From NCBI GenBank assembly GCA_025786725.1, contig JAHLTZ010000034.1, positions 1 through 64,000 on the forward strand: 64,000 nt of DNA, written 5' to 3'. The stretch comes from Syncephalis fuscata S228 (taxonomy: Eukaryota; Fungi; Zoopagomycota). Of the stretch, positions 39,217 to 51,531 are shown one piece after another. Position 1 is the first letter of the stretch. Every line of letters begins with the position of its first letter. The position numbers and the translations under genes were made by a program. The notes under the pieces are model-generated. The model saw only the letters and a list, made by a program, of their open reading frames with translations. It did no database searches and was not told the origin of the DNA.

Positions 39217-39980
39217 TACTGAACATGATGATGAATGGTGAATGACATCAATTATTAAATATTCATTATTGTAGCTTTATTATCCAGTATGCATATATCC
39301 ACCATTTACTTACATTATTCCCATTCTATTCCACATTACTATATATTATTCTATGATATACTAGATACATTCTGTTTATTATATATTCCAATATACTTCA
39401 CTCATTCCACTCATTACGCTATACACACTGTAACTTTGACACTGCTTTTTATGGTTTCTTACCGTATATTTATCATTCTATATATCATTTTATACTCAAC
39501 TAGTCTTCCTCTATCCAAAACTGTTTTTATTTCTGTTCTAGCTTTATTTTTATAAATTCCGATTAATATCACTTATCTGCTAATACATATATGCTCATTA
39601 ACTTCAGCATAGGCAATTGTCGCTTAATATTGCATACTAGTTTATTATATAAAAGTTACAGTCTGTTCAAAGCAATTATCCGGTTGATTCTAGTTTTATT
39701 AATAATAAGATTTAACTTATTTCACTCACTTTACTTATTAATCTATATGTACTTGAAACCTATAAAAATGAAATGTATTTAATATATCATAGAATGGCAT
39801 ATAATAGTATGAGTACATAGTACAAATGATATATGTGTACTGAATATATGCATATTAAATAATAAATCTACAATAATGAATATTTAATAATTGATATCAT
39901 TTACCATTCAGCATCATGTTCAATACATTGGATATCACTAAATGTTAGTTATTTAACCACCAAATCACAATAAATAGTTA
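39217..39980. repeat. Degenerate foldback / MITE-like element with long inverted arms
   Basis: 39217-39300 pairs closely with 39842-39925; weaker pairing continues to ~39395/39750. Same family as 1-520. Confidence 0.82.
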
Positions 39981-40799
39981 AGAAATCGTTTATAAAAACA
40001 AACTGTATAATAATATTAAATGGTAACTAGTATGTTATATAATTATCATATTTTATTTAATGTGTTCATTAATACCAAGTACAATGGCATTATATGATAG
40101 AAAGACCATGAATAAACTAATCATTGTAACCAAAAATACGTCTAAATTGCTATATGGCATTGTACTTTTACAATAACTACAATACGATCCAATTAATAAG
40201 TTTTCAAACTCAAGACGCGATGTAACACTGAATTAGCGACTGTTTTGCATGCTCTATGTTCTTTGATAGTCAATATGATCCGTAACCACACTATCTCGCT
40301 CTAATTGTCTGCAATACAGTCAAATCAACACAAAACTAAATACCATTAAAAGCTTTTTGTTAATCCGATGAATTCACTGAACTTAATGACAAAAAACTAT
40401 TCTTTCTCCTTCAATGCAATCGTAACACTTTGCTTCCGTTAAACTATTAATGTATGTCGCTAAAAATGGTAATTGCATAATTCAGCAACACGTGTATTTG
40501 TTATAAATAGAAATAAAGCAATTTTCAGTTGATGCGCCCTTTGCCTCGCTTCTTTCTAGTAAAAAAATAGTTTCGCTATACATTATATGTAGATAGCGTA
40601 TTTAACGTGGAATTATACCGATATCTACCGGAGATTGTTAGTAAACCACAACATTGTATTGCTATCAACCCCTTTCATTTCGCTTGCACGCTTTTCGGCA
40701 GTATCTGTACATCCTGCGCGGCAAAGGACGTACGAGACATCATAGTAAATCTATCTCCTTTTCTTATGTTTCTAGTTATTTATGAAACTAGTAGAGAAT

Positions 40800-42033
40800 A
40801 TGGCCGCAACGTTTGAATCCACCATACTAAGGGTACACAATGAAGCACTAAGCAACGGTGCGCTGTTGTTTACGCCAACAACGACAGAAATATTACACCA
40901 AGACGGTGTAGCAGTAGGTGTATTATAAATAACAACCAAGTCAATAATAACAAGCGTATATATTGAACAGTTTAATGTACGACTAGCTCCCAGTCTTGCG
41001 AGCAAACCTGTTGGAAATGCCGAGCAAGTCGGTATTCAACGTACACCAAAGAAAAACCATTTTTGCCCTATGAAAAGCAATTACTTGTTGAAGAGCTACC
41101 ACATCATGTAGTGTTACTCAACAAGTATTGTGTAGTGCCAGGACACATTTTGGTGGTCACTAAAGGTGCTATGTTTAGGACAGATAACATTTATCATATT
41201 AACATACAATATAGAATTCAATCCACAGACAAATCCACCAAATGCAGAGGACTTTGCTGCTGTTTGGAGCTGTATGAGACGAATGCACACACGACAATTT
41301 GTGGCCTTCTATAACTGCGGAAAAGCATCTGGCGCCAGGCAGGTTATGATATGCAAAAAGCACGTATAGATTACTTTATTTAAGCTAACCAAACTGTTAA
41401 ATACGACCGTTTAGTCAGCCGCACAAACATTTGCAATTACTGCCAATTCCAGCAGACGAGACAATCTCACCACCTATCTATGCATTAATTGAGAAATACC
41501 CATCTTCGCCTGGTACAACTGTTTTAAGATCACGTTCCATATCAATTTATTAACATGCTGATTTAGATGTTCCATTTCGGGTGCCTGAACTTAATTTTGT
41601 ACACGCTTGTGCGCATCTTTCACTTGATACAACGGTTATTTCTCATGACACGGCATCCAATGTGTCGCCAACACCAGAACAGCATGACATAGTTGTTGGG
41701 CGTTTCCTTCATCGCACTTTTCTTGCGCTTGCCAACGCCATCAATCTGGCTACTGGTGCCCCGTCCGACGACATTGCTTTTCGCTCCTACAACCTCATTT
41801 TGACACGTAACTTCATATTAGTCGTACCGCGAAAGCATGAAATTACACAAGGTATTGCTGTTAATTCACTTGGAATTGCCGGTCTATTTCTTGCAAATTC
41901 CCATCAGCAAATGAATATACTTAAGCATAGCTCGGTTCTGCGATTGTTCCAAGCGCTTACATTTGCCGACGAGGCAGACATGCTTGCCAATCCGCAGGAC
42001 CTTGAACAAGACTCGGATACTAAGCCCAAGTAG
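40800..42033 (+). CDS. Diadenosine tetraphosphate phosphorylase / ATP adenylyltransferase (Apa1/Apa2 family)
   Basis: N(P)FLPYE, LLNKYCVVPGHILVVT, FYNCGKASGASQPHKHLQ, SYNLILT, VNSLGIAG. GC-AG intron 41339-41414; apparent 1-nt deletion near 41057. Confidence 0.92.
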
Positions 42034-42724
42034 CTAGAAAACAGTAATTGCCAAATAAAGGCATTAGTGAAATAAATTATGACAAATTAGTCGATTAAAT
42101 TTTTTGAAATTACGTGTAACTTAATGTATCAGGAAATGTTAATATAATTATGAAACAAGTAATAGTCCTATTGCCAGCAATAGGCACACCAATGTTGCCA
42201 AATACGGTGGCTAAGGAAAGTTCGCCTATAATGCCTCTTCCTCTAGATAAATGGTTGAAACATCGGTGGCCGATATGGCTATTCTGTAGCACAATACGTG
42301 GGTTCGTTTACATTTACCATGAAAGGCCATATTAATTGTAATAATGATGCTGGTATTTATTGTAACGTTAGACTTGTGCCACAATTGGTAGCATTAATTT
42401 CTAGATACAACATTCGCTCAAGTTACCCGTGCAACATTGATCTTTTGCTGTTTTGAATGCACTTTCAAGGACTAACATGTAATAAGAAATAGTCTTTGAA
42501 TCTATATTTAGTTGTAAGTAAATAAACACAATATAAAGTAGGCGACATTTGCCCGATCACGGTTATCAACATCATCTTTCTAATTATTGCACTTTTTAGC
42601 CACGCACGATCTAGCGAGCAAGTGCTGGACCTTCTCGCCTAACGTAAACTATTCCTGGCAAACTGCATCTTGGACTAATTCCCAACCACACGAACATTAA
42701 TTATCTTGATTTACTAATTTCATT

Positions 42725-44758
42725 ATGAAGCTTACCTACGTTTATGCAGCCATGGTGGCTGCTCTTACCCTGTTGACGGTTGAAGCTACTCCTACAGGCT
42801 ATGGCAGCTCTTCGCCTAGCAAAGATGGCCAATATAAGAGCGGAGGTCATAAGAGCGGAGGTCATAAGAGCAGAGGTCATAAGAGTGGAGGCCACAAGAA
42901 GAGTCATGGCTCTAGTTATGGTAGCAAGGAGGGTAAAAAGAGTGGCCATTATGGTGGCAGTAAAAGTGGCGGCTCTGTCTATAGCTCTGGTGGTGGTAAG
43001 AGCAGTGGTCCTGGCTGCACCACTGGTAATAAATACAACGGTGCCACTGGTAGTAACTCTAGCAGTAACTCAGGTGGTACTTCCAACAATAGCTCGAACA
43101 GCTCTAGCAGCAAATCTAGCGGCAGCGAAAGCAGTGGTTCTGGCTCCAATACTGTTAATAAATATGGCGGTAGCTCCAGCAAGATTGTTGTTGTTGGCTC
43201 TGGTAGCAACTCTAGCAATAGCTCTGGTAGCAACTCTAGCAATAGCTCCGGTAGCAATTCCAACAGTAATTCCAACAGTAACTCTGGTAGCAATTCTAGC
43301 AGCAAGTATAACAGCAGTTCTGGTAGCAACTCTGGCAATAACTCCAATAGTAGCTCTAGCAGCAAATCTGATAGCAACTCTAATAGCAACTCTGGTAGCA
43401 ACTCTAATAGTAGCTCTAATAAGAGCTCAAGCAGCGACTCTAGCAGTAGCTCTAATAAAAGCTCAAGCAGCAATACTACTTCAAAGTATCCAGCCACTCC
43501 AAAAACTCCAGCTACCCCTGTTACTCCAAAGACTCCAGCTACTCCAGCTACTCCAGCTACTCCAAAGACGCCAGCTACTCCAGCTACCCCAGCTACTCCA
43601 AAGACGCCAACTACCCCAGCTACTCCAAAGACGCCAGCTACTCCAGCTACTCCCATCACTCCAAAAACTCCAAAAAAGCTAAAGGCTCCAGCTACTCCAG
43701 CTACTCCAGCTACCCCTGATACTCCAAAGACACAATATATACCCAGTAGCCCAGTAGGCTATACTGCAGGAGTACCACGCGTTTTGATTAGTCAACAGGT
43801 TTTAAATAAGACTGTTGCTACAACCGGTGTGGACAAATCTAGTAGCTCAAATGATTCGTCTAAATCATCGGTGTCTGTCTCTGAGGGTTCTAAATCATCT
43901 GGATCGGAAACAGCCAGCACTGTCAAAACATCTGGTAGTTCTGGATCATCTGGGTCATATGAATCATCAACATCTGGCACTATCAATACTCCCGGTGGCT
44001 CTGGATCTTCGGCATACATAGCTGTCAAGGCACCTAATGGTTCTATATCATCCGAATCATTTGGATCATTGATATCCGGTACTGTCAATAAATCTGAATC
44101 ATCTGGATTATTGAAGTCTGGTGCAGTCAATACGTCTGATGATTCTGGATCATCTGGATCAGAGACAGCTAAAGTTGTTAAAACATCCGGATCACCCGGA
44201 TCATCTGGATTGGAGACAATTAGCATTGTCAAAACGTCTGATGGTGCTGGATCATCCGGATCATCCGGATCGTCTTCATCCAGCTCCGTCAAGACGTCAA
44301 GTGGTTCAAGCCAAGGTTCCTCCAGCTCATCTGGATCATCGTCGTCCAAATCCGTCAAAGTAACGACTAGCTCAGGCGGCAAAGTCTCTACTGAATCTTC
44401 AACGTCTAACACCAGCAAAACGTCGAACAGCTCGGAAAAGAAAAGCTCTCAAAAATCAGAGTCGTCATCTACTAAGACGTCGAACGGCTCAGGACATAGC
44501 TCTTCTAGCTCTTCTAGCTCAAGTTCTTCCAGCTCAAGTTCTTCCAGCTCCTCCAGCTCCTCCAGCTCCTCCAGCTCTTCTAGCTCTTCATCAAGTTCCA
44601 GCTCTTCGGGCTCTAGCTCTTCTGGCTCCAGCTCTTCTGGCTCATCGGGCTCTAGCTCTTCGGGTAGCTCGAAAAAGATTAGTTCCTTTGTAAACAAGGC
44701 AGATACTGAAGATAGCGCATCAGGCCCGCCCTCACCCGGCGATTGCAGAATTCAATAA
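42725..44758 (+). CDS. Secreted low-complexity Ser/Gly/Pro-Thr-rich repeat protein (mucin/adhesin-like), intronless, 677 aa
   Basis: Signal peptide [21 protein letters not shown], then (GGHKS)n, (SSNS)n, (PATPKT)n, SSGSSGSET repeats and poly-Ser. Confidence 0.85.
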   Translation: MKLTYVYAAMVAALTLLTVEATPTGYGSSSPSKDGQYKSGGHKSGGHKSRGHKSGGHKKSHGSSYGSKEGKKSGHYGGSKSGGSVYSSGGGKSSGPGCTTGNKYNGATGSNSSSNSGGTSNNSSNSSSSKSSGSESSGSGSNTVNKYGGSSSKIVVVGSGSNSSNSSGSNSSNSSGSNSNSNSNSNSGSNSSSKYNSSSGSNSGNNSNSSSSSKSDSNSNSNSGSNSNSSSNKSSSSDSSSSSNKSSSSNTTSKYPATPKTPATPVTPKTPATPATPATPKTPATPATPATPKTPTTPATPKTPATPATPITPKTPKKLKAPATPATPATPDTPKTQYIPSSPVGYTAGVPRVLISQQVLNKTVATTGVDKSSSSNDSSKSSVSVSEGSKSSGSETASTVKTSGSSGSSGSYESSTSGTINTPGGSGSSAYIAVKAPNGSISSESFGSLISGTVNKSESSGLLKSGAVNTSDDSGSSGSETAKVVKTSGSPGSSGLETISIVKTSDGAGSSGSSGSSSSSSVKTSSGSSQGSSSSSGSSSSKSVKVTTSSGGKVSTESSTSNTSKTSNSSEKKSSQKSESSSTKTSNGSGHSSSSSSSSSSSSSSSSSSSSSSSSSSSSSSSSSSSSSGSSSSGSSSSGSSGSSSSGSSKKISSFVNKADTEDSASGPPSPGDCRIQ

Positions 44759-45610
44759 ATAGTATGTTTTTCTGCCCAAAATCTATCGCTATCTATTTTT
44801 ATAAAAAAGTCTTTATATCTTCGTATTAACCAAACATTATTTTGTCTAAAATGCTAAATAAAGCGCTTTTTTACGCAATCGATCGTAATGATTCGAATAA
44901 TTAGCGAACTGGTTAAATTAATTAAGTTTAAATTGCATTTTGTCATTTGCATCTATTCTATTATAATTTCACATTTTTATTAAGTGGACATTCTTTGGAC
45001 GCCTCTCATAAAAGCATAGCTAGTTAATTAAGGCTATACTGTAGTTACTTATCAATAGCTGATATTTTTATTAATAACTATCATTTTAATAATATTACTT
45101 TTTTTGAACAAAATAAATATATTTTCAATCAATTTTGAACTACTCAAACAAACATATAGTAATATTATAACTGTTATAAATAAATGGCGTTAGTTGCAAA
45201 TTTGTTTGGTGTAACTGAGCTCTTGATTCGATAATTTGATGATGTTAATTTACTATTTATACTAGAAAATACCATTATAAGTTAATAAAATAATACAAAT
45301 CCAAGTGAATATTCAAAAGTGCATGAATATTGATAATAAACGTATGGTATGCTGAGTGGAGTGTGTTGAAGTCTACAATAATTAGAATTTGATTAGTATA
45401 CCATAGTATGAATATACAATGAAATGCTATAAATAGATAGATGATAGTAGAAATATTGTAACTTGTCTCGATTTGTTTGAATTAAACAGAATGATATTAC
45501 GTTGCAGCAACAAACTATGCATTTCAGTAGTAAGAATTGAGCACGATTTACATATTAAAAAGCGATAGCTGGACAAAACAGCTTTTTTATTAATATATTG
45601 AAATGCCAAT

Positions 45611-46209
45611 TTAAGCTAAATAATTAGCGCCCAAAGAGCAAGTACCAGCCCATTGATTTGGATCAATTTTGTAAGTCAAGTTGTAAACGCAACGGGTATT
45701 ATCATTGTTGCAAGGACCACCTGCTTGAGATGTTTTTGTAACAACCGTAAAAGCAAGTGTAAAGGAATAAAGATCAACTTTTGTTAATTATAATTGTGTC
45801 ATTTATAAAGTTTGCGGAGATTTAAATTAGGTATCGTGGGAAAATAATTGTATAATAATATTATTACACAATTATTCCCGTAACAAATAAGCATTTGTTA
45901 CAGTCTTTATACAAATCTTCTCTTGTTTTCCAGGAATAGCATTACAGGTAAGACCTTGATTCGACAGACGGGCGTAGTTTACACCGCTAATGTCGTCACA
46001 TTTATTGCCAAAACCGACATTGACAGCCGATGACGGATATGGAGCTAGGCTTGATTCTCCCAGCGGCGTCGGCTAATGTTGTCGATAATGCCACAAGTAT
46101 CGCCGAGGCCAACATGGTTTATTTGATAAGTTTGTGGCAATGCTTCAGCGCTTAATGCAGCACCAACGACGAGTATGAAGGTAGTCTTAGCGAAAGCAGA
46201 ACGGACCAT
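45611..46209 (-). pseudogene. Disrupted secreted Cys-rich modular protein (three related modules)
   Basis: Signal peptide MVRSAFAKTTFILVVGAALSAEA. Modules: VGLGDTCG.. (stop at 46045), VGFGNKCDD..QGLTC..KIC (46046-45872, shifted frame) and SQAGGPCNNDNTRCVYNLTY..AGTC (45755-45611). Confidence 0.6.
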
Positions 46210-48517
46210 AGCGAATAAGTTGCTTAAATTTTTAGTTAAAATGCAAAAATGCAAAATAAAAGAATAAACATTTTTTGTTAAAAATAATGAGTGAATGAAT
46301 GGATATTCGATCCAAGATGCGTGTTTGTAGTAAAGAATTGGTGATTTATTTTAATCCAGGTTCTGCTTTTATGTGCGAATTGACATTGCTTAATTGACGT
46401 GCAAAAAACGTTGATGCCAATCAAACTTTAAAACATTTCCCTTCATACTGTACAACATTCACTCGCTACACATCAATCCAATTTCTATTTTTATTGTTGC
46501 TTTGATAACTTACAATTGAATTTGATATTTCTGAGTGCAAAATACCTCACGACTGCCAAATTGTAATATTGCCATTTTGCAATAGCACAAACTATAATTT
46601 TATTTTTAATTTTTTAAGGTTTTTACTATATTTGTGCGAATGATATAACTATCATTGCTTTATTAACAGCAAAAATACAATTTAATATTTAATATTTAGC
46701 GTGTGTGTTGATGTCACGTATATGTCAACGGTTTGTTCATGCCACTGTAGTCGTGTAATTGATCATTACCAAATAGAGTGACAGCAATAATGGTCCCACA
46801 ATCAATGTAAATAGTATTTGGTAATTCATATTAAGATTGTTGCGTCAAACATGACATGAAATGTTTTAATGCACAAGTAATATTGTTACTGATTTAGACA
46901 TTGACATTTTCCAGTATAGAAAACTATATTACTATTATTAAAATAAAACTCGATTTATAGAAAGTGAAGTAAAAATAGACATAAAACTTTTAATTTTATG
47001 CACCTAAACATAAAGCACATTAATATATTATCAAAATCGTATTTCTATATGTCCAAAACGTGATAAATTAATACTCAGTTGTGCCTTTGGACATTATTGA
47101 TTTAGCAACAAAGTTTAAGCATGGCAGTAACAGCAGCAGCAGTAATAGTGGCAATATTGTCCAAACCGTCCTAGTTTTTTGTTACTAAATACAGCAAACT
47201 GTTAGCTGTACCATTGTTATACTACATCTATTTTTAATACTCTATCTGCAAACTAAATAAGCGTTTTTTTAGCAATTACTATTTTTATTCGTGCACAAAT
47301 GTAATATTTTATGCTAACTACTAATTAATAAGGCATAGTGCAATAGATATGTTCATTTGTAATTAAATGCGTTTAATGGCTTTATTACTTTTGAATTATT
47401 GACAAAATGTTGATTATCAATTTAATGTTCGATTTTGATATGTCAAAGTGTTGATAGCATACGCTGTTTGCAAATAAAAAAGATGGCAATGTCGACATTA
47501 ATATTGTTCAAAGATAAATGACGTATAAAAATATTTTTTATTATTATAATAATAACTTTTTAGCATAAATAAAAAAGTAAATTAAAATTAGCATCAAAGC
47601 ATATAGTATATTTTGAGTCAAGCATATAACAGCAAATATGTTACATAATGGCAGCCGTTGTCATTGCTTTAATGAATAAATATAGATAGAAAGGCATGTT
47701 AATGGCAAATAAATAGAAGGTATTTGTAATATGCTGGTTGTATAATATTGTTTATTACAATTAATGTCATTGAATACAATAAAGTATATTGCTCATGCCA
47801 AGTTGATTAAAAATATGCAAAACTATGAACACTTTGCAGCTATTTATTCAGTAATTGCGCGTTCATGTCTGGTAATTTGTACTGACACTATTCGGTAATA
47901 GCAAAGCATAAATAAAAGATTATTTGTTTTGGCCCAATGTAACTTCGTTTATTCTTGCTGATAATTAATATTAAAAATAGCACTATCTAGTATTTGATGA
48001 TGTATCGCCGAATATTATAAAACACGCTACTAGTAGAAGAGTAAAAACAATAAAAAGATTGTATAGAAATAAATAAAATTCAATTCACGTTAAACGACAT
48101 GACAATAGAATATATTCTCAGCTGATAATGCATGATAATCAGCTGATCTGTTTTAGTTAACATATACAAAAGTCCAGGTTACAACTGTAAATGTCAAAAC
48201 AAATAATAAATTCCCTTATTATAACTTTACTAATATTATATTATTTATACTTCAATCATTTTTTTCACTTGCATTGCTTCTCAACACTTGACTACATCTG
48301 GGCTCCATTGTTTTTCTTCTCTTTAAAGCACACGAACTTTGGCTATTTACTGGAATTGCTGCCTTCTTATTTTATTAAAAACCACACTCCAATAAATACG
48401 CAAACTGGTCTTTGTTTATTGTTTCGTTTTCTTTTTGTAATTGTCAAGTAAAGCCTTGTTTTCTTTCTCCACAGTCTTGTCCTTTCTTATCCGTCGATTT
48501 ACCGTAGTAACTTGGGA

Positions 48518-49231
48518 ATGGCGGCTTACTTGCTACCTGTCATTACCGTTAGTGATCCAGATATACTAGCGTCTGAATTCATCCAACAGCAAGTGGGCGC
48601 TATATCAGCATCAAGCGCGCTTACCGACCCGCTTACTGCCGCGCCATGGCTTATAGCAGGTGCTGCCTGTCTCACGCTGGCGGTAGTGGTGGCCGAAAAC
48701 GCGGCCAACCTGCGTAGGTGTCGCGTCGTATACTCTGAATGGCGAGAGCATACCCGACAGCGTCGATGGCACTTGGAATTGGTGGAGGGAATGCGATTGG
48801 AAGCAAGAGAAGCATGGGAAGGACTAGCTGATCTGGCAGGTCTTTCTCGGCTACCAAACTTACCATGCCTGCCGACCTTGCCGGACTTTCCAGCCTTACC
48901 TGACTTGCCAGCCTTGCAGGGACTGCGACAACTGCCAATGTTACGTAGACTGTCACATTTGCCAGATCTACCCACTCTACCTACGCTGCCTACACTGCCT
49001 CGATTGGCAGGGCTAGCTAACTTGGCCGATCTTGTGCGGCTTCCGGATCTTTTGGCACTGTTGGAGAATATACCAAATGAAATGGAAGATGATCAGGACA
49101 ACGAACTACTTGTAAACAGCTGGGTAAACGATGAGGATATTGGACTATTAATGACTAACTGGGCAGCAGACATTGAACGTGCTGCGGCCACTCAGTCGCA
49201 ATGGCTTGCTGAAGCTGCACTGACGGCATAA
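48518..49231 (+). CDS. Orphan intronless protein with one hydrophobic helix and (LPx)n repeats
   Basis: 237-codon GC-richer ORF in very AT-rich surroundings. PWLIAGAACLTLAVVVA helix, LPNLPCLPTLPDFPALPDLPAL repeats, acidic C-terminus. Confidence 0.65.
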   Translation: MAAYLLPVITVSDPDILASEFIQQQVGAISASSALTDPLTAAPWLIAGAACLTLAVVVAENAANLRRCRVVYSEWREHTRQRRWHLELVEGMRLEAREAWEGLADLAGLSRLPNLPCLPTLPDFPALPDLPALQGLRQLPMLRRLSHLPDLPTLPTLPTLPRLAGLANLADLVRLPDLLALLENIPNEMEDDQDNELLVNSWVNDEDIGLLMTNWAADIERAAATQSQWLAEAALTA

Positions 49232-49774
49232 AACTTATTCATTAATGATATTGATTATTTGTATTTTTAGTTCTTATTATACACCATTTGGTGTCTTTAA
49301 ATATATATATTTTGTTAATAAACCTACTTACTATTGATCATTAATCAGCATAATTTAATTATAATAAACTGAATAATTTTTATAGTATTAAATATAAATT
49401 AAATGGAACTAGAAGCTGATTGCTTTTATTGATATTAACTACATTTTTGTAATAATTGTTTTATTATTAGCAGTTATTATTAATATACAATATATATATT
49501 ATTTTTGTGTTCGTTTATAGGTGACATATTGTTCAATCATACAATGTGTTTCTTAGACATGCCATTATAACGACATGATTGCACTATCAAAATGATAACA
49601 GTACAGCCATCATAAAAAGTGATAATTTTATTTCTAATAACCACGACAGTAGCAAGAATATATTACTTTTATTTATATTACTCCAAAACACCGATAGAAT
49701 GCTAGCTTAGAATTTAAACTTAAAACTATCTCCAATGCTACAAAAGTATATGCGCATCAGAAGCGTAGTATTAA

Positions 49775-50730
49775 TGTAATTAAGTGGTAAAATGGCATGG
49801 TGTTTGAATTATAAACAATAGAAATAATTAATTAGTAAAATGTTGTCAAGATTACGTATAACTTTACGTATAATAAAGTAAACTGCATGATATTTTGCAC
49901 AAGCATGCACATAGTCTATAGGTAACTATTGACAAAGTATACCGCTATTGTGTTGAATAATGATGCAATAGCAGCGATAATACACTAATAAGTGTATAAA
50001 AATAGCAGTTTCTTACCAGTCACAACTTGTATACTTAAATACAGCAAAATAATTAGCAGATTCAGATTCTCCATGCTTGGATGAACAGGATGGCATGATC
50101 TATAGAACAATGATTTTTGCAACAATATTTAGTCAAAAATGCGATTTACGTATGGCCAATTAACGAAGCTTTATGTTGTACGCATATACATATGACATAG
50201 ATTGCCGTAGCGCATCGGAATTCCTGCACATCAACCTGCTATTAGGATTGTTATAGTATTGTAGAACGTTTTGGATTTACTTTAGTCCAAATTTGTTTGT
50301 AATATGAGATTGTAAAATCATCAAGTTTAATCGCTTTTTCGCTAACTAATAATACGTAAATCGCATTTTTGACTAAATATTGTTGCAAAAATCATTGTTC
50401 TATAGATCATGCCAATCTGTTCATCCAAGCATGGAGAATCTGAATCTGCTAATTATTTTGCTGTATTTAAGTATACAAGTTGTGACTGGTAAGAAACTGC
50501 TATTTTTATACACTTATTAGTGTATTATCGCTGCTATTGCATCATTATTCAACACAATAGCGGTATACTTTGTCAATAGTTACCTATAGACTATGTGCAT
50601 GCTTGTGCAAAATATCATGCAGTTTACTTTATTATACGTAAAGTTATACGTAATCTTAACAACATTTTACTGATTAATTATTTCTATTGTTTATAATTCA
50701 AACACCATGCCATTTTACCACTTAATTACA
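49775..50730. repeat. Near-perfect long inverted repeat: 379-bp arms, 198-bp spacer
   Basis: 49775-50153 is the reverse complement of 50352-50730 with 4 mismatches by hand count. Termini TGTAATTAAG...CTTAATTACA. No ORF and no obvious TSD. Confidence 0.96.
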
Positions 50731-51531
50731 CTATAATCACCTTTTTAAAATGGCAACAGCTATTAGAGATAGCAGATGTTACATTTTCATCACGGCCATA
50801 GCTAATTAAAACCAAGAAATTCGTGTAATTAAAGTAGCTATAGCTGAGCATATTTGTCATAAACAAATAATAATAATACTGTTGCAGTTCTGATTTAGAA
50901 GCTGTATCTTAGATGACCAAGTAATGCTTTATTTCAATGTTAGCTTATAATGCTAGCCTTTAATGTTTGCTAATTCTTAAAAACTAAAATAAACTATATT
51001 AACTAATATTAATCTGATATTAAATTTATTTGCCATTGATCATAAATTACCACAGTCAAGCTATAATAAACAGAATAGTTTGTATGGGATTAAATGGAAA
51101 TAGGGTGGAATTAAAAACCATCGTCTTTACTAATATCGAATAAATCTATTACTTTATAATAAATATAGCTCATAATAAACCTTTATAAATGGTATGTTTC
51201 TTAGTCAAATCATTATAGTAATATGATTAAATGACACGCAAATACAACATGCATTCAAGTTTGTAAACGCGTGCAATTTTGAATAATTACTATTTTCTCT
51301 AAAACCTGTTTATGTTCTAGACCTTAGCATTACAAAAATGACGATCTGCAGATTTACAATAATAAATGTCGTTGTGCTCCATATAAAACAAACATTAATT
51401 GTATAGTTATCATTAATTGTTTAGTGTTAGCACACAATATCAAAGCTATATAATTTTTTATAGCCTATGAGTAATGAATTAATTGTAAAAATACATTTAT
51501 GATTTATTAACCTAGACCAACTTGAATCCGC

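Noticed and set aside
42780-44697. Long alternative-frame and antisense ORFs (LLELL, PEELE repeats)
   Set aside because: Shadows of the low-complexity Ser-rich gene.
44744-44758. C-terminal CRIQ as a CaaX prenylation signal
   Set aside because: The protein has a signal peptide, and Arg at a1 is a poor fit; likely coincidental.
49775-50730. Autonomous DNA transposon
   Set aside because: No transposase ORF and no target-site duplication visible; kept only as an inverted repeat.
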